64,000 nucleotides of DNA from an uncultured Gammaproteobacteria bacterium (GCA_964561945.1 CAZLQM010000003.1:1954-65953); one strand, 5' to 3'. Numbered from the stretch's first letter, positions 1 through 9,516 are shown. A program made the numbers and translations. The notes: generated by a model from the letters alone, not told the origin.

Positions 1-270
1 AATGTAAGCATCAACTTCTTCAAATGGAACCCAGATAAAACTTCCAAGGCGACTTTTGAGAGAGTGAGCTGTGTGTTCAAATTCGTGGGTTGGAGAAGTA
101 AAGAAAACCATGTCTACGATGTGTGTGGCGATGATAAGAGAAAATAATGCCGGTCCATGGAACAAGTCTGAGCCTGCGATGATAGTTAGCTGGCCGTTAG
201 TTGATTTGGCATCATGTTCTTGAGGCTGATGAAGAAGCTTGAGAAGATTGGGATCAAATTCGGGGGGCAT
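1..270 (-). CDS. NAD(P)H-hydrate dehydratase (YjeF C-terminal/NnrD-like), N-terminal part, truncated by the window edge
   Basis: Hand translation MPPEFDPNLLKLLHQPQEHDAKSTNGQLTIIAGSDLFHGPALFS matches the K..NG.(L/V).IIxGS..F.GA pattern; TATAAT lies 8 nt before the ATG. Confidence 0.7.
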   Translation of the reverse strand, partial: MPPEFDPNLLKLLHQPQEHDAKSTNGQLTIIAGSDLFHGPALFSLIIATHIVDMVFFTSPTHEFEHTAHSLKSRLGSFIWVPFEEVDAYI

Positions 271-316
271 AGATATTCATTATAAGGGATGAGGAAAAAT
301 TTGATACTATTGAGTT

Positions 317-1177
317 ATGATTTTTGATGGAAGGGCGTACGCAGGTTTGATAATTGAAAAGCTGAAAGAAAGAAGAGAGATGCTAAGTGTGGAGCCTCAC
401 TTGGTGTGGTTGTGTGTAGGTGAAGATGAGGCAAGTGTGATGTATGGAAAGCTAAAAGCGAGAGTGGCTGAGAAATTGGGAATAAAATTTACAAAAGTTT
501 ATTTGGGGAATGAAATTGATGAAGAGGATCTTAAATCAGAAATAAGGAAATATTGTGAAGATAGAGAGGTGCATGGGGTGATGGTTCAGTTACCGGCAAA
601 GGTAAAAGGAAATTTGTATCGGGTATTGGGGGAAATATGGGTAACTAAAGATGTTGATTGTCTTAATCCGTACTCTGTGGGTATGTTGATGGCGGGGAGT
701 GGAGTTAATATGCCTGCGACAGTGGGAGCCGTGGGACAGATTCTTATGTATGCTTTGGGCGAAATTGAAGCGCCAATGTATGATTTGGGTAGTTTATTAA
801 AACAGGGGAAGGTTTTGGAGGGAAAGAGAGTGGTAGTTATTGGCGGAGGATGGGAAGTGGGTAAACCATTGGTGGGGTTGTTATCAAACTGGGGGGCAAG
901 TGTGTTATGGGTCCGATCGAGCGAACGAAATTTGGGTGAAATTGTTAAATTGGGAGATGTGGTAATTAGCGCGACGGGTGAGAAAAATTTGGTTGAAGGA
1001 TCAATGATTAAAGAAGGAGCCATTGTGATTGATGTGGGTTCTCCTAATGGCGATATAGAGTTTACTTCTGTGAGTGATGTGGCAGGGTTTTTGACGCCTG
1101 TGCCTGGTGGAGTGGGTCCTGTAACAGTTGCGTGTTTGATGGAGAATGTAATAAATGCTGTTGAGAAATCTGTTTAG
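317..1177 (+). CDS. folD: Methylenetetrahydrofolate dehydrogenase/cyclohydrolase FolD
   Basis: KDVD, VGKPL, VIDVG and TPVPGGVGPVTVACLMEN motifs. Confidence 0.93.
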   Translation: MIFDGRAYAGLIIEKLKERREMLSVEPHLVWLCVGEDEASVMYGKLKARVAEKLGIKFTKVYLGNEIDEEDLKSEIRKYCEDREVHGVMVQLPAKVKGNLYRVLGEIWVTKDVDCLNPYSVGMLMAGSGVNMPATVGAVGQILMYALGEIEAPMYDLGSLLKQGKVLEGKRVVVIGGGWEVGKPLVGLLSNWGASVLWVRSSERNLGEIVKLGDVVISATGEKNLVEGSMIKEGAIVIDVGSPNGDIEFTSVSDVAGFLTPVPGGVGPVTVACLMENVINAVEKSV

Positions 1178-1230
1178 CGGAGTGACAGAGAGAGGTGTTT
1201 TTAAATGAATTTTATTTGTGGAATGACGAT

Positions 1231-2352
1231 TTAGAGAAGGATGACTAAGGCTCCTAGTAAGGCTATGGTGACGATGGAACCGAGGATGATTGTTGGAGTG
1301 CTAGTGCCTGCTACGGGTAGTGTTGGGCTGAGTTCTGGGGTTGTTTGGGCGATGGTTTTGGGAGTTGGAGTAGGTGTTGGATTAACTCCCGGTGTAGTGG
1401 CTGAGGTTGTTGGCTTGTAGCTAATTTCGTTAGAGGCGGAAGAGACGGCACAACCTTTTTGGGATCTGACTACGAAGTAGAAAGTTTTGGTTAGATCGAG
1501 GCTATTGATTTGGTAGCTGGTGGTTTTGCCGGTATTAGGAACTCCAAAGAGGTAAGTATTGGGTTGGTAGCCGTAACTTACAATATAGTATTCTACGTTA
1601 GCATCGGGCTGAGTCCATGTTAAGGTAACGCTTGAATCGCCAGATTTAGTTGCAGTTAGCATGGTTGGTGCAGGTGGAGCTGTGTCATAGCAACCAGGAG
1701 GCGTGGTGGGAGGAGTGGCGGTAGGTGGAACTGGTGTAGCAGAAGCTCTGGTGGTAGGAGTGGCAGTTGGAGTTAGAGTTATGGTGGCTGTTGGTGTTGG
1801 AGGGTGGGTTGGGGAGACAGTCCCTGTGGGGGTTGGAGTGGCTGTTAAGCTACGTGTGGGAGTGGGGGTATTGGTGGGTCTGCTGGTTGGAGTGGGTGTT
1901 GAGGTAGTTGTGGTACATTGGAAAGGTGCGTAACGTATTTTTTTGGGGTTGATGTCGACAGAGGCTTGGGTGCCTGTATTAAATACCTCTACATAGAGGA
2001 CCCCTGTGCTGAGATTATTGGTATCCGTAGTGATGGTTCCTGTTATTGGATTGTTACAGATGTTAGTGTGGGTTTTCTTTTGTTGGGTTTGGAGATCTCG
2101 GACTATGATATCTTTACAAGGATTAAAGCCGATATTGGAAGGTAGGGTAATACTGTAATTAAGAGTTACTTTGGAAGATTGGGTATCGCAACGTGGAGTG
2201 ACAACTATTTGCGTGGTATGAGCTTCGGTTGGGGTGGGAGCGATTTTTTGGCGTTTATTGAGGACGTAAGAGATGACTAGAGCAGAAATTCCCAAAATAA
2301 GTAGGATGAGAATTCCGATAGTGAGTTGAAGTCGAGTTTTACGAGTAATCAT
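1231..2352 (-). CDS. Surface protein: N-terminal TM, Pro/Thr linker, fibronectin type III domain, C-terminal LPVAG + TM
   Basis: PT/TP repeats; SVTLTW..Y.VSYG..YQINSL..FYFVVRS FN3 pattern; ATG at 2352 preferred over the TTG at 2400. Confidence 0.7.
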   Translation of the reverse strand: MITRKTRLQLTIGILILLILGISALVISYVLNKRQKIAPTPTEAHTTQIVVTPRCDTQSSKVTLNYSITLPSNIGFNPCKDIIVRDLQTQQKKTHTNICNNPITGTITTDTNNLSTGVLYVEVFNTGTQASVDINPKKIRYAPFQCTTTTSTPTPTSRPTNTPTPTRSLTATPTPTGTVSPTHPPTPTATITLTPTATPTTRASATPVPPTATPPTTPPGCYDTAPPAPTMLTATKSGDSSVTLTWTQPDANVEYYIVSYGYQPNTYLFGVPNTGKTTSYQINSLDLTKTFYFVVRSQKGCAVSSASNEISYKPTTSATTPGVNPTPTPTPKTIAQTTPELSPTLPVAGTSTPTIILGSIVTIALLGALVILL

Positions 2353-2393
2353 AATTGGACACTTACTATTAGGATTGCAGGTTTTACGTGGGG

Positions 2394-2545
2394 TTGTCAA
2401 TTGGCTAGTTGTTTAGTAGAATATGTTCATTACTCACACTTAGTTAGTACTCTCTGCTAGCTTGCTAGTTTTTGCTAAGTGGCGGAATAAGAGAGGCACA
2501 TAAATAATTTGTGTCTCCTGTTTGTCCGCAAATAGGAGTTTTTTT
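2394..2545 (+). promoter_or_regulatory. rpsB promoter and structured 5' leader (probable S2 leader)
   Basis: TTGTCA-17-TAGAAT; stems CACTTAG/CTAAGTG, GCGGA/TCCGC and GAGGCACA/TGTGTCTC; AGGAG before the ATG. Confidence 0.6.
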
Positions 2546-3295
2546 ATGACTGAAGAAGTATCATTAAACGAATTACTTGAAGCAGGATGTCATTTTGGGC
2601 ATCAGGCTCGTAGGTGGAATCCGAGAATGAAGCCCTATCTTTATGCCAAACGTGATGGTTTACATGTGTTTGATTTGGTTAAAACTAAGGAAGGATTGGA
2701 ATCTGCGATGAAATATTTGTCTGAAGCGTCTAAGGAAGGTAAGAGAATTGTATTTATTGCAACCAAAAGACAAGCTCAAGATATTGTAAAGGAAGCCGCC
2801 ATGCGGGCAGGTGTAGGGTATGTGACTGAGCGTTGGCTTGGAGGAATGTTGACTAATTATGATCAAATGCGCCGAAGCATGACGCGAATGAAAAAAATGA
2901 AAACGCAAAAAGAACAAGGTCAGCTCAAGCAATATACAAAGAAAGAACAATTGTTAATAGAAAGAGACATTGTTAAGATGGAAAAGAACTTAGGTGGCAT
3001 GGCAGTGTATGAATCTCAGCCTGAAGTTTTGGTGGTAGTGGATACGAGAAGAGAAAAAGTAGCGGTTGATGAAGCAAGGAGTATTAATATTCCTGTGGTT
3101 GGAATTGTGGATTCTAATGCTGATCCCTCGATGGTTGATTATGTGATTCCTGCAAATGATGATGCAGTTAAATCAGTGTTTTTGTTGGTTAATAAATTGG
3201 CTGATGCAATAATTGCAGGAAAAAATAAAGTTGAAGAAAAAAAAGAAGTTGTGGATAAAGAAAAGAAAGATAGTAAAGTAAAAAAAGAAAAATAA
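2546..3295 (+). CDS. rpsB: 30S ribosomal protein S2
   Basis: LLEAGCHFGH, WNPRM, RWLGGMLTN, IPANDDA. Confidence 0.97.
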   Translation: MTEEVSLNELLEAGCHFGHQARRWNPRMKPYLYAKRDGLHVFDLVKTKEGLESAMKYLSEASKEGKRIVFIATKRQAQDIVKEAAMRAGVGYVTERWLGGMLTNYDQMRRSMTRMKKMKTQKEQGQLKQYTKKEQLLIERDIVKMEKNLGGMAVYESQPEVLVVVDTRREKVAVDEARSINIPVVGIVDSNADPSMVDYVIPANDDAVKSVFLLVNKLADAIIAGKNKVEEKKEVVDKEKKDSKVKKEK

Positions 3296-3296
3296 T

Positions 3297-3767
3297 ATGG
3301 CAAAATCATCACTTGAGTTAATTAAGAAATTGCGTGAAGAAACCGGAGCTGGGGTGGTGGATTGTAGAACTGCTTTGGAGGAAAATGACGGAGATATAGC
3401 TAAGGCAAAGGAATTTTTGGTAGCCAAGGGTTTGGAAAAGGCAGCTAAGAAAGCTGATCGAGTGGCAAACTCAGGATTAGTTTTTGCGTATATTCATGGA
3501 GGTGGAAAAGTTGGAGCTATGGTAGAGATTGCTTGTGAAACGGATTTCGTAGCTAAGACAGATGAATTTAATCATTTGGCGAAGGAAATTGCGATGCAAG
3601 TTGCTTCGATGGATGCTAAGGACTTGGAAGAATTGTTAGCTCAGTCATATATTAGAGATAGCAAAATGACGATTGATGGATTAGTAAAATCTGCTGTGGC
3701 TAAGATTGGTGAAAATATAATGATTAAGAGATTTGTGCGGTATGGATTGGGTGAAGAGATTGAATAA
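3297..3767 (+). CDS. tsf: Elongation factor Ts (short form)
   Basis: LREETGAG..DC, EIACETDFVA, KIGENI; follows rpsB. Confidence 0.95.
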   Translation: MAKSSLELIKKLREETGAGVVDCRTALEENDGDIAKAKEFLVAKGLEKAAKKADRVANSGLVFAYIHGGGKVGAMVEIACETDFVAKTDEFNHLAKEIAMQVASMDAKDLEELLAQSYIRDSKMTIDGLVKSAVAKIGENIMIKRFVRYGLGEEIE

Positions 3768-3811
3768 TTTGAGTGATTCTTTTTGGAGTGAGTTTTTGGT
3801 AGACTATAGTT

Positions 3812-4366
3812 ATGGACGCGACAAATATTAAGTCACGAATGAAGGCAACTGTTGATGCAGTGGCTGATGAGGTGAGTCGGATTAGAGTAGGTCGAGCAAC
3901 TCCTTCTATCGTAGAGAATATTGTTGTGCCTGCTTATGGAGGAACTCAGATGTTACGAGTTATGGAGCTTGCAAGTATTAATATTGAAGATACTCAGACT
4001 ATCGTAGTACGACCTTGGGATCAAAGTGTAATTGGTGAAATTGCTAAAGCGATTAACAATAGTGGATTGGGTTTGAATGGAGCAATTGATGGAGAGATTG
4101 TGCGAATCAGAATTCCTGAGTTGACGGAAGATCGAAGGAAAGAATTTGTTAAATTATTAGGAGTAAAAATTGAGAATGGGAAGATTGCAATTCGGCAAGT
4201 GAGGCATGATGTGATGGCAGATGTAAAGAAAGACTTTGAATCCAAGGCGATTGGAGAGGATGAGAAATTTCGAATTGAGAAAGATGCTCAGAAAATTACT
4301 GATGATGCTATCGCTGAGATTGATGCAATTGCCAAAGCTAAGGAAGAAGAATTGATGAAGGTGTAG
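3812..4366 (+). CDS. frr: Ribosome recycling factor
   Basis: IRVGRATP, IPELTEDRRKE, KEEELM. Confidence 0.96.
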   Translation: MDATNIKSRMKATVDAVADEVSRIRVGRATPSIVENIVVPAYGGTQMLRVMELASINIEDTQTIVVRPWDQSVIGEIAKAINNSGLGLNGAIDGEIVRIRIPELTEDRRKEFVKLLGVKIENGKIAIRQVRHDVMADVKKDFESKAIGEDEKFRIEKDAQKITDDAIAEIDAIAKAKEEELMKV

Positions 4367-4526
4367 TTTGTGTAATGTGGAGTGGAGAGGGTAAATAGTG
4401 GTGAAGTGTGTAGATTTTTTGAGGTTTTTTTAGAAGAGAGACTTGGACTTGTTGTTTGATTAGTTGAACGGGGATGGATTTGGTGTTTGTCATAATGTGG
4501 GTTTATTGGATACAATGGGAAAGATT

Positions 4527-5660
4527 ATGTTGACATTTGTAGTGTTTTTTTTGATTTTATCAATATTAGTGATTATCCACGAACTTGGTCATTATTGGGT
4601 GGCGAAAAAAAATGGAATATATGTAGAAGAGTTTGGGTTTGGGTTACCCCCTAGGTTGTTTGGAATTAAATGGGGAGAAACGTTGTATTCGTTGAATTGG
4701 CTACCGTTTGGAGGGTTCGTAAGGCTATATGGTGAGGATGCTGAAGGGGAAGGAGAGTACGAAGTTGATGGTAAGGTGATTCCTAAGAGGAGAGCTTTTT
4801 ATGCGCAGAAGCCGTGGAGGAAAGCATCTGTGATCGTGGCTGGTGTGGTAATGAATATAATTTTGGCGGTGGGATTGTTTGCGGGAGCTTATTCGTTTAC
4901 GGGAATTCCGCAGTTAACTGACCGCGTCCAAGTGATCGATATAACGGATAGTAGTCCTGCTAAAGAAGCCGGATTGATGGCTCGAGATGTAGTAGTTGAG
5001 ATTGTGCCTGAGGGACAAGAGGCTGTGAAGGTTAATTCGGTTAAAGAATTTGTGGATGTGGTGGGAGCTAATAAGGGGAATTTGATTGGGGTAAATGTAA
5101 TAAGAGAAGTAGATGGGCAAGAAATTGAGGCTATGGTTAATGTGATTCCACGGGTTGATCCTCCAGCAGGTGAGGGATCGCTTGGGGTGGTGGTTTCGCA
5201 GGAAGTTATAAATAAATTTTATCCTTGGTGGCAGATGCCATTTTTGGGAGCTTGGGAGGGAATGAAAGAAGCCTTTGCATGGGCCGTAATGATCTTGCAA
5301 ATGTTGGGGACGATGGTGATGACAATTTTGCGAGGAAATGTACCACAAGGAGTAGCGGGACCTGTGGGTATTTATCAAGTTACAGGAGACGTGGTTAACT
5401 ATGGTTGGTTGGCTGTTGTTAGGTTCTTGGGTGTGTTATCGTTGAATTTGGCGGTGATGAATATTTTGCCGTTGCCTGCTTTGGATGGAGGTAGATTGTG
5501 GTTTGTAATTTATGAGGCAATTACAGGTAAGAGAGTTAAGCCTGCTTGGGAGAGAAGGATTCATGGAGCGGGAATGATTTTGTTATTAAGTTTGATCGTA
5601 TTGGTCACAGTGTCGGATGTGGCACGATTGTTTAGTTTTGATTTGCAGAGGATTTTTTAG
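4527..5660 (+). CDS. rseP: RIP metalloprotease RseP (M50, PDZ)
   Basis: HELGH, LPFGGFV, NILPLPALDGG. Confidence 0.93.
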   Translation: MLTFVVFFLILSILVIIHELGHYWVAKKNGIYVEEFGFGLPPRLFGIKWGETLYSLNWLPFGGFVRLYGEDAEGEGEYEVDGKVIPKRRAFYAQKPWRKASVIVAGVVMNIILAVGLFAGAYSFTGIPQLTDRVQVIDITDSSPAKEAGLMARDVVVEIVPEGQEAVKVNSVKEFVDVVGANKGNLIGVNVIREVDGQEIEAMVNVIPRVDPPAGEGSLGVVVSQEVINKFYPWWQMPFLGAWEGMKEAFAWAVMILQMLGTMVMTILRGNVPQGVAGPVGIYQVTGDVVNYGWLAVVRFLGVLSLNLAVMNILPLPALDGGRLWFVIYEAITGKRVKPAWERRIHGAGMILLLSLIVLVTVSDVARLFSFDLQRIF

Positions 5661-5794
5661 GTTAGGAAAGTAAATTTTGCGTAAAAATTGGAGTGTGTTA
5701 ATAATAGAGTTTTAAGTATTTACATGATATTATAGGCTTAATATCGACATCTGCGCTGATAGGTTTTGACAAAATTACACGAGAGGAGAGACCT

Positions 5795-6139
5795 GTGGAT
5801 AATAAGAGTGATACTTTAATTGATTTGCATGGACAAAAAAATGAATTGGATATGGAATTGGGAGCAATTTATCATGAGAATTTGCGATTACTTGATTTAT
5901 CTTTACTTCCGATTCAAAGCGTGGTGGATTATTTAGATAAGATTATTGACCTACTTACGGAAAAGTGGACAGTAGTCGAAAAGATTGCTGTTTGGTATGA
6001 AGCAGATGAAGAAATATCTACTGTATGTAAAGAAACGTTAGCGTTGATGAATGATGCTAGTGAAACAAGAGCTGTTTACCAAGGTGTATTGGCTGGAGGC
6101 TACAAATTGGCCAAAAATCCGAAGGGAGAGGGCGGTTAG
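5795..6139 (+). CDS. Hypothetical protein
   Basis: 114-aa ORF with GAGGAG before the GTG and a terminator downstream. Confidence 0.55.
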   Translation: MDNKSDTLIDLHGQKNELDMELGAIYHENLRLLDLSLLPIQSVVDYLDKIIDLLTEKWTVVEKIAVWYEADEEISTVCKETLALMNDASETRAVYQGVLAGGYKLAKNPKGEGG

Positions 6140-6200
6140 TGAGTTGTTGAATAACTTTTAGCCTTAGTTTCTCTTTGTAGTAATTGTAATTTGAGATTTA

Positions 6201-6233
6201 GGTGGTTGGTCTTCGTGACTGGCCGCTTTTTTT
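6201..6233 (+). terminator. Intrinsic terminator
   Basis: GTGGTTGGTC-TTCGT-GACTGGCCGC hairpin (with G-U pairs) followed by a T run. Confidence 0.55.
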
Positions 6234-6449
6234 GATTAATTTTATGTTGAAGATAATTGTCTTATAGTGGATAATGATGGTGCTTGATTTTGGGAGGGGT
6301 AAGCCTTTATACTAGTCATGTTATTTATAAATTTCGTGTTTGCACTGATTTTGGATGTTTCTGCTTGCCGGAGTTGGAGGAATTTGATTTTGGCGAGTTG
6401 AGAGCTCGAAAAGAAAGTAAAGGCGCGGATTTGGAAGGAGGTGTTTTTT

Positions 6450-6644
6450 ATGGCAGTTGTTATAAAACGCAAAGCCAATGATACAGATGACAAAATGATC
6501 GCGGAATTCCGCAAAATGGTTATCGAAAACAATTTAATTGAATACTATAAAAGTAAAATGTTTCATTTGAAGCCATCGGCTCAAAAGAATATTTTAAATA
6601 ACAGTAGGAAACGTGGTAAAACACAGCCTCGTCGGAGTAAGTAA
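6450..6644 (+). CDS. rpsU: 30S ribosomal protein S21
   Basis: 64-aa basic protein with D.MI..FRK and FHLKPS; upstream of yqeY as in the usual rpsU-yqeY order. Confidence 0.8.
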   Translation: MAVVIKRKANDTDDKMIAEFRKMVIENNLIEYYKSKMFHLKPSAQKNILNNSRKRGKTQPRRSK

Positions 6645-6650
6645 ATTAAT

Positions 6651-7088
6651 ATGGCTTTGATAGATACGTTAAGCGAGGATATGCGACAGGCAATGAAGGC
6701 TGGAAACAAGCCATTGCTTGGAGTGTTGCGGTTGTTGGTGAGTGAGTTGAAGTATCGATTGATAGATAAGAGTGATTTGACGAAGGATGATGAGATTGCT
6801 TTTCTTATGTCTGAAGCAAAGAAAAGACGAGATTCAATCGAAGCCTATAAAAGTGTTAGCCCCGAGAGAGCAGATGCCGAGAGAGAAGAATTACGAATAA
6901 TTGAAACATATCTGCCAACCCAGCTGAGTGATGCGGAAATATTAGAAGTAGTCAAATCTGTTAAGAGTGAAAATCCAAGTTTGGCGATGGGGCCACTTAT
7001 GGGCAAAGTAATGGGTCAAATTAAACAGAATGGTGGATTAGTAGGTGGATCGCGAGTGAAATTAATGGTTGAAGAGATATTTAAATAA
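6651..7088 (+). CDS. GatB/YqeY domain protein
   Basis: AMKAG, KKRRDSIEAY, YLPTQLS, MGPLMG. Confidence 0.9.
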   Translation: MALIDTLSEDMRQAMKAGNKPLLGVLRLLVSELKYRLIDKSDLTKDDEIAFLMSEAKKRRDSIEAYKSVSPERADAEREELRIIETYLPTQLSDAEILEVVKSVKSENPSLAMGPLMGKVMGQIKQNGGLVGGSRVKLMVEEIFK

Positions 7089-7097
7089 AGAGTCTTT

Positions 7098-7493
7098 ATG
7101 TATAGTATTGATATAAAAAGTGATAGTAGATATCCTATTGATAGGGACAGAATTCGAGGAGCAATTGAAGATGTATTGCAAAAAGAAGGGATAAAAACTG
7201 ATGTGGAAGTAAGTGTGTTTGTGGTGGGAAAACGCAAAATGCATGGATTAAATTTGGAGTGGAGAGGGCTAGACTATGCGACTAACGTACTGTCTTTTTG
7301 TCAGGGCGAAACTAAAGATGGTAGTGGTGAGTACGCATATCCTAATAATCAGGTGTTGTATTTGGGTGATGTAGTGGTGTGTTACCCTGTGGCGCGCGAA
7401 CAAGCGCGGGAGTCGTGGTTGATGGTAGATGACTGGATTGAGACTCTCGTACGACACAGCATGGAGCATTTGTTAGGTAGGCATCATGTTTAG
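7098..7493 (+). CDS. ybeY: rRNA maturation endoribonuclease YbeY
   Basis: ATNVLSF, LGDVVVC, HSMEHLLGRHH. Confidence 0.92.
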   Translation: MYSIDIKSDSRYPIDRDRIRGAIEDVLQKEGIKTDVEVSVFVVGKRKMHGLNLEWRGLDYATNVLSFCQGETKDGSGEYAYPNNQVLYLGDVVVCYPVAREQARESWLMVDDWIETLVRHSMEHLLGRHHV

Positions 7494-7571
7494 GTTTTTG
7501 GTGAGGTTGGAGCTTGAGAAGAATTTATTTTTGCTTGCAATATAAGGATATTGAGGTTAGATTTAGAGTCA

Positions 7572-9218
7572 ATGGCTTTTTATCTTAAGTATCGTCCACA
7601 GTTGATAAGTGAACTTGATTTACCTGAAGTAAGAGAATCGTTACTTGGGTTACTTAAGTCAAAGTCTTTGCCTCATGCATTGTTATTTACGGGAATTCGG
7701 GGAACAGGTAAAACAAGTAGCGCGCGTATCTGGGCAAAGGCGATAAATTGTGAGAAGAGAGGTAGGGATTATGAGCCATGTAATAAGTGTGCTAATTGCG
7801 AGTCGATTACAAGCGGACGGAGTGTGGATGTGGTGGAGATGGACGCGGCCTCGAATCGCAAGATTGATGATATTCGGGATTTGCGTGAAAAAATTAGATT
7901 GGCTCCAACTGCGTTGAAGTATAAGATTTACATCATTGATGAGGTGCACATGTTGACGAATGAAGCCTTTAATGCGTTGCTTAAGACGTTGGAAGAGCCG
8001 CCTATAAATGTTTTGTTTGTGTTATGTACTACGGAGATTGATAAGTTGCCTGCAACGATTGTGTCGCGGTGTGTGAGAGTTAATTTTCGAATGGCAGGAT
8101 TAGAAGAGATCGCTAATTCTCTAGCGCGAGTAGCTAAAGGAGAAAAAATAAATATTGATAAGGAAGGAATTGATTTGATTGCCAAGTTGGGCGAGGGGAG
8201 TTTTCGCGATGCGACGAAAATGTTGGAGGAGATTGCTTGGATGGAGGGTAAGATTACGCAAGAAAGAGTTGAGGAGTTTTTTCATATAATCGGTGGGGAG
8301 ATGGAGACTTTGGGGCAGTTGATAAATTCCAAGGATGGATTGGGGATAATGAGTTTTGTGGAGTCTCGAGTCAGTGGCGGTGGGGATATAAAATTGTTAG
8401 CCGGTAGGGTCTTGGATTATTTGCATGTAGAATGGAAGAAGGCTTTGGAAGGTAAGAGTAGTTTAAATTATAGCGCCGGTGAAATAGGAAGTCTGATTGA
8501 TCGAGTGGATGAGTATTGGTGGAGATTTAATACGGCGCTTAAGGCCCAGTTGCCTTTGGAATTGGCTTTGGTTAATTGGTTAGAGGATCAAAATGATGGA
8601 AGTAATACAAATAAAAAAGTGAATGAAAAAAAAGTGATTAATCTTGAGATAAAAGGACAAACTCAAGATGTTAAGAAATCAGTCAAGGTTGAAGAACCAA
8701 AGGTCGAAGTGAAGAGAGCCCAATCGAAAGAAGTGATACCAGATGAATCTAAAACAGGTGCGAGCGTTGAAAGTATTGTGTTGGTTTGGGATGAGATTCT
8801 GGGGAAAGTGCGACAAAGGAATATTTCAGTCGAGGCATTTTTGCGTGCAGCTAGACCTGTGCGATTAAATAACAATCGATTAGTTTTAGAATTGGCGTAT
8901 TCGTTTCATCGGGATAAATTACTCGAAGAAGCAAATCGGAGGCTGGTGGAAGAGGTGGTAAGTAATTTGGTGGGGTTAAATTTGGGTATTGAGTGTGAAT
9001 TAAATATAAAATCAAGTTCGCTTGGTAAAGAAAAGGTAGTGGAAATTAAACCCGTATTTGTACCTTCGGCTGTGCGGAGTGTCCCAAGTGAGAATGCGGT
9101 TAGTTCTAAGAAATATGGTGGTGGATTTGGGCGGAGAACCATATCATCACAGTCTCCAGTGCCGACTGAGGAAGATGATGCGTTGGTGGAGTTTGCGGAG
9201 GAGTTATTTGGAAAGTGA
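7572..9218 (+). CDS. dnaX: DNA polymerase III subunit gamma/tau
   Basis: KYRP, GIRGTGKTS, Cys4 zinc site, DAASNR, DEVHML, LKTLEEPP, SRC. Confidence 0.96.
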   Translation: MAFYLKYRPQLISELDLPEVRESLLGLLKSKSLPHALLFTGIRGTGKTSSARIWAKAINCEKRGRDYEPCNKCANCESITSGRSVDVVEMDAASNRKIDDIRDLREKIRLAPTALKYKIYIIDEVHMLTNEAFNALLKTLEEPPINVLFVLCTTEIDKLPATIVSRCVRVNFRMAGLEEIANSLARVAKGEKINIDKEGIDLIAKLGEGSFRDATKMLEEIAWMEGKITQERVEEFFHIIGGEMETLGQLINSKDGLGIMSFVESRVSGGGDIKLLAGRVLDYLHVEWKKALEGKSSLNYSAGEIGSLIDRVDEYWWRFNTALKAQLPLELALVNWLEDQNDGSNTNKKVNEKKVINLEIKGQTQDVKKSVKVEEPKVEVKRAQSKEVIPDESKTGASVESIVLVWDEILGKVRQRNISVEAFLRAARPVRLNNNRLVLELAYSFHRDKLLEEANRRLVEEVVSNLVGLNLGIECELNIKSSSLGKEKVVEIKPVFVPSAVRSVPSENAVSSKKYGGGFGRRTISSQSPVPTEEDDALVEFAEELFGK

Positions 9219-9251
9219 GGGATTATTTGATATTTTGTGGACTAATGGGTT

Positions 9252-9467
9252 ATGGCAATTGAAATTCGAGGACAAAGGGATTTAAGAATAGTTGTGAGTG
9301 AGGCAGAAAGTCAGCCCGTAACTGATAGATTAGAGATTTCATTTTTGGATTTAGAATTAAGAAATAGGTCTCGAGGAGGAAGTAGGGTAGAGATTCCAGC
9401 ACCTTCAAGACGAGGAACTGGACATCGGGGAACTTGGGCGCGGGAATGGGGAGAGATATTAGATTAG
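9252..9467 (+). CDS. Hypothetical protein
   Basis: 71-aa ORF filling the gap after dnaX. Confidence 0.4.
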   Translation: MAIEIRGQRDLRIVVSEAESQPVTDRLEISFLDLELRNRSRGGSRVEIPAPSRRGTGHRGTWAREWGEILD

Positions 9468-9516
9468 GGATTGGAAGGTGAGGGATTTTGGTTGTTAATG
9501 TGGACATATGTGGTGA

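Noticed and set aside
1690-1910. Repetitive GGTGT/GGAGT DNA as a tandem repeat or VNTR
   Set aside because: It reflects Pro/Thr linker codons on the minus strand, with no exact repeating unit.
3768-3811. Absence of pyrH between tsf and frr as a novelty
   Set aside because: Loss or relocation of nucleotide-metabolism genes is common in CPR and cannot be judged from one window.
6284-6481. 65-aa ORF upstream of rpsU
   Set aside because: It overlaps the putative promoter, leader stems and rpsU start, and is better explained as 5' UTR.
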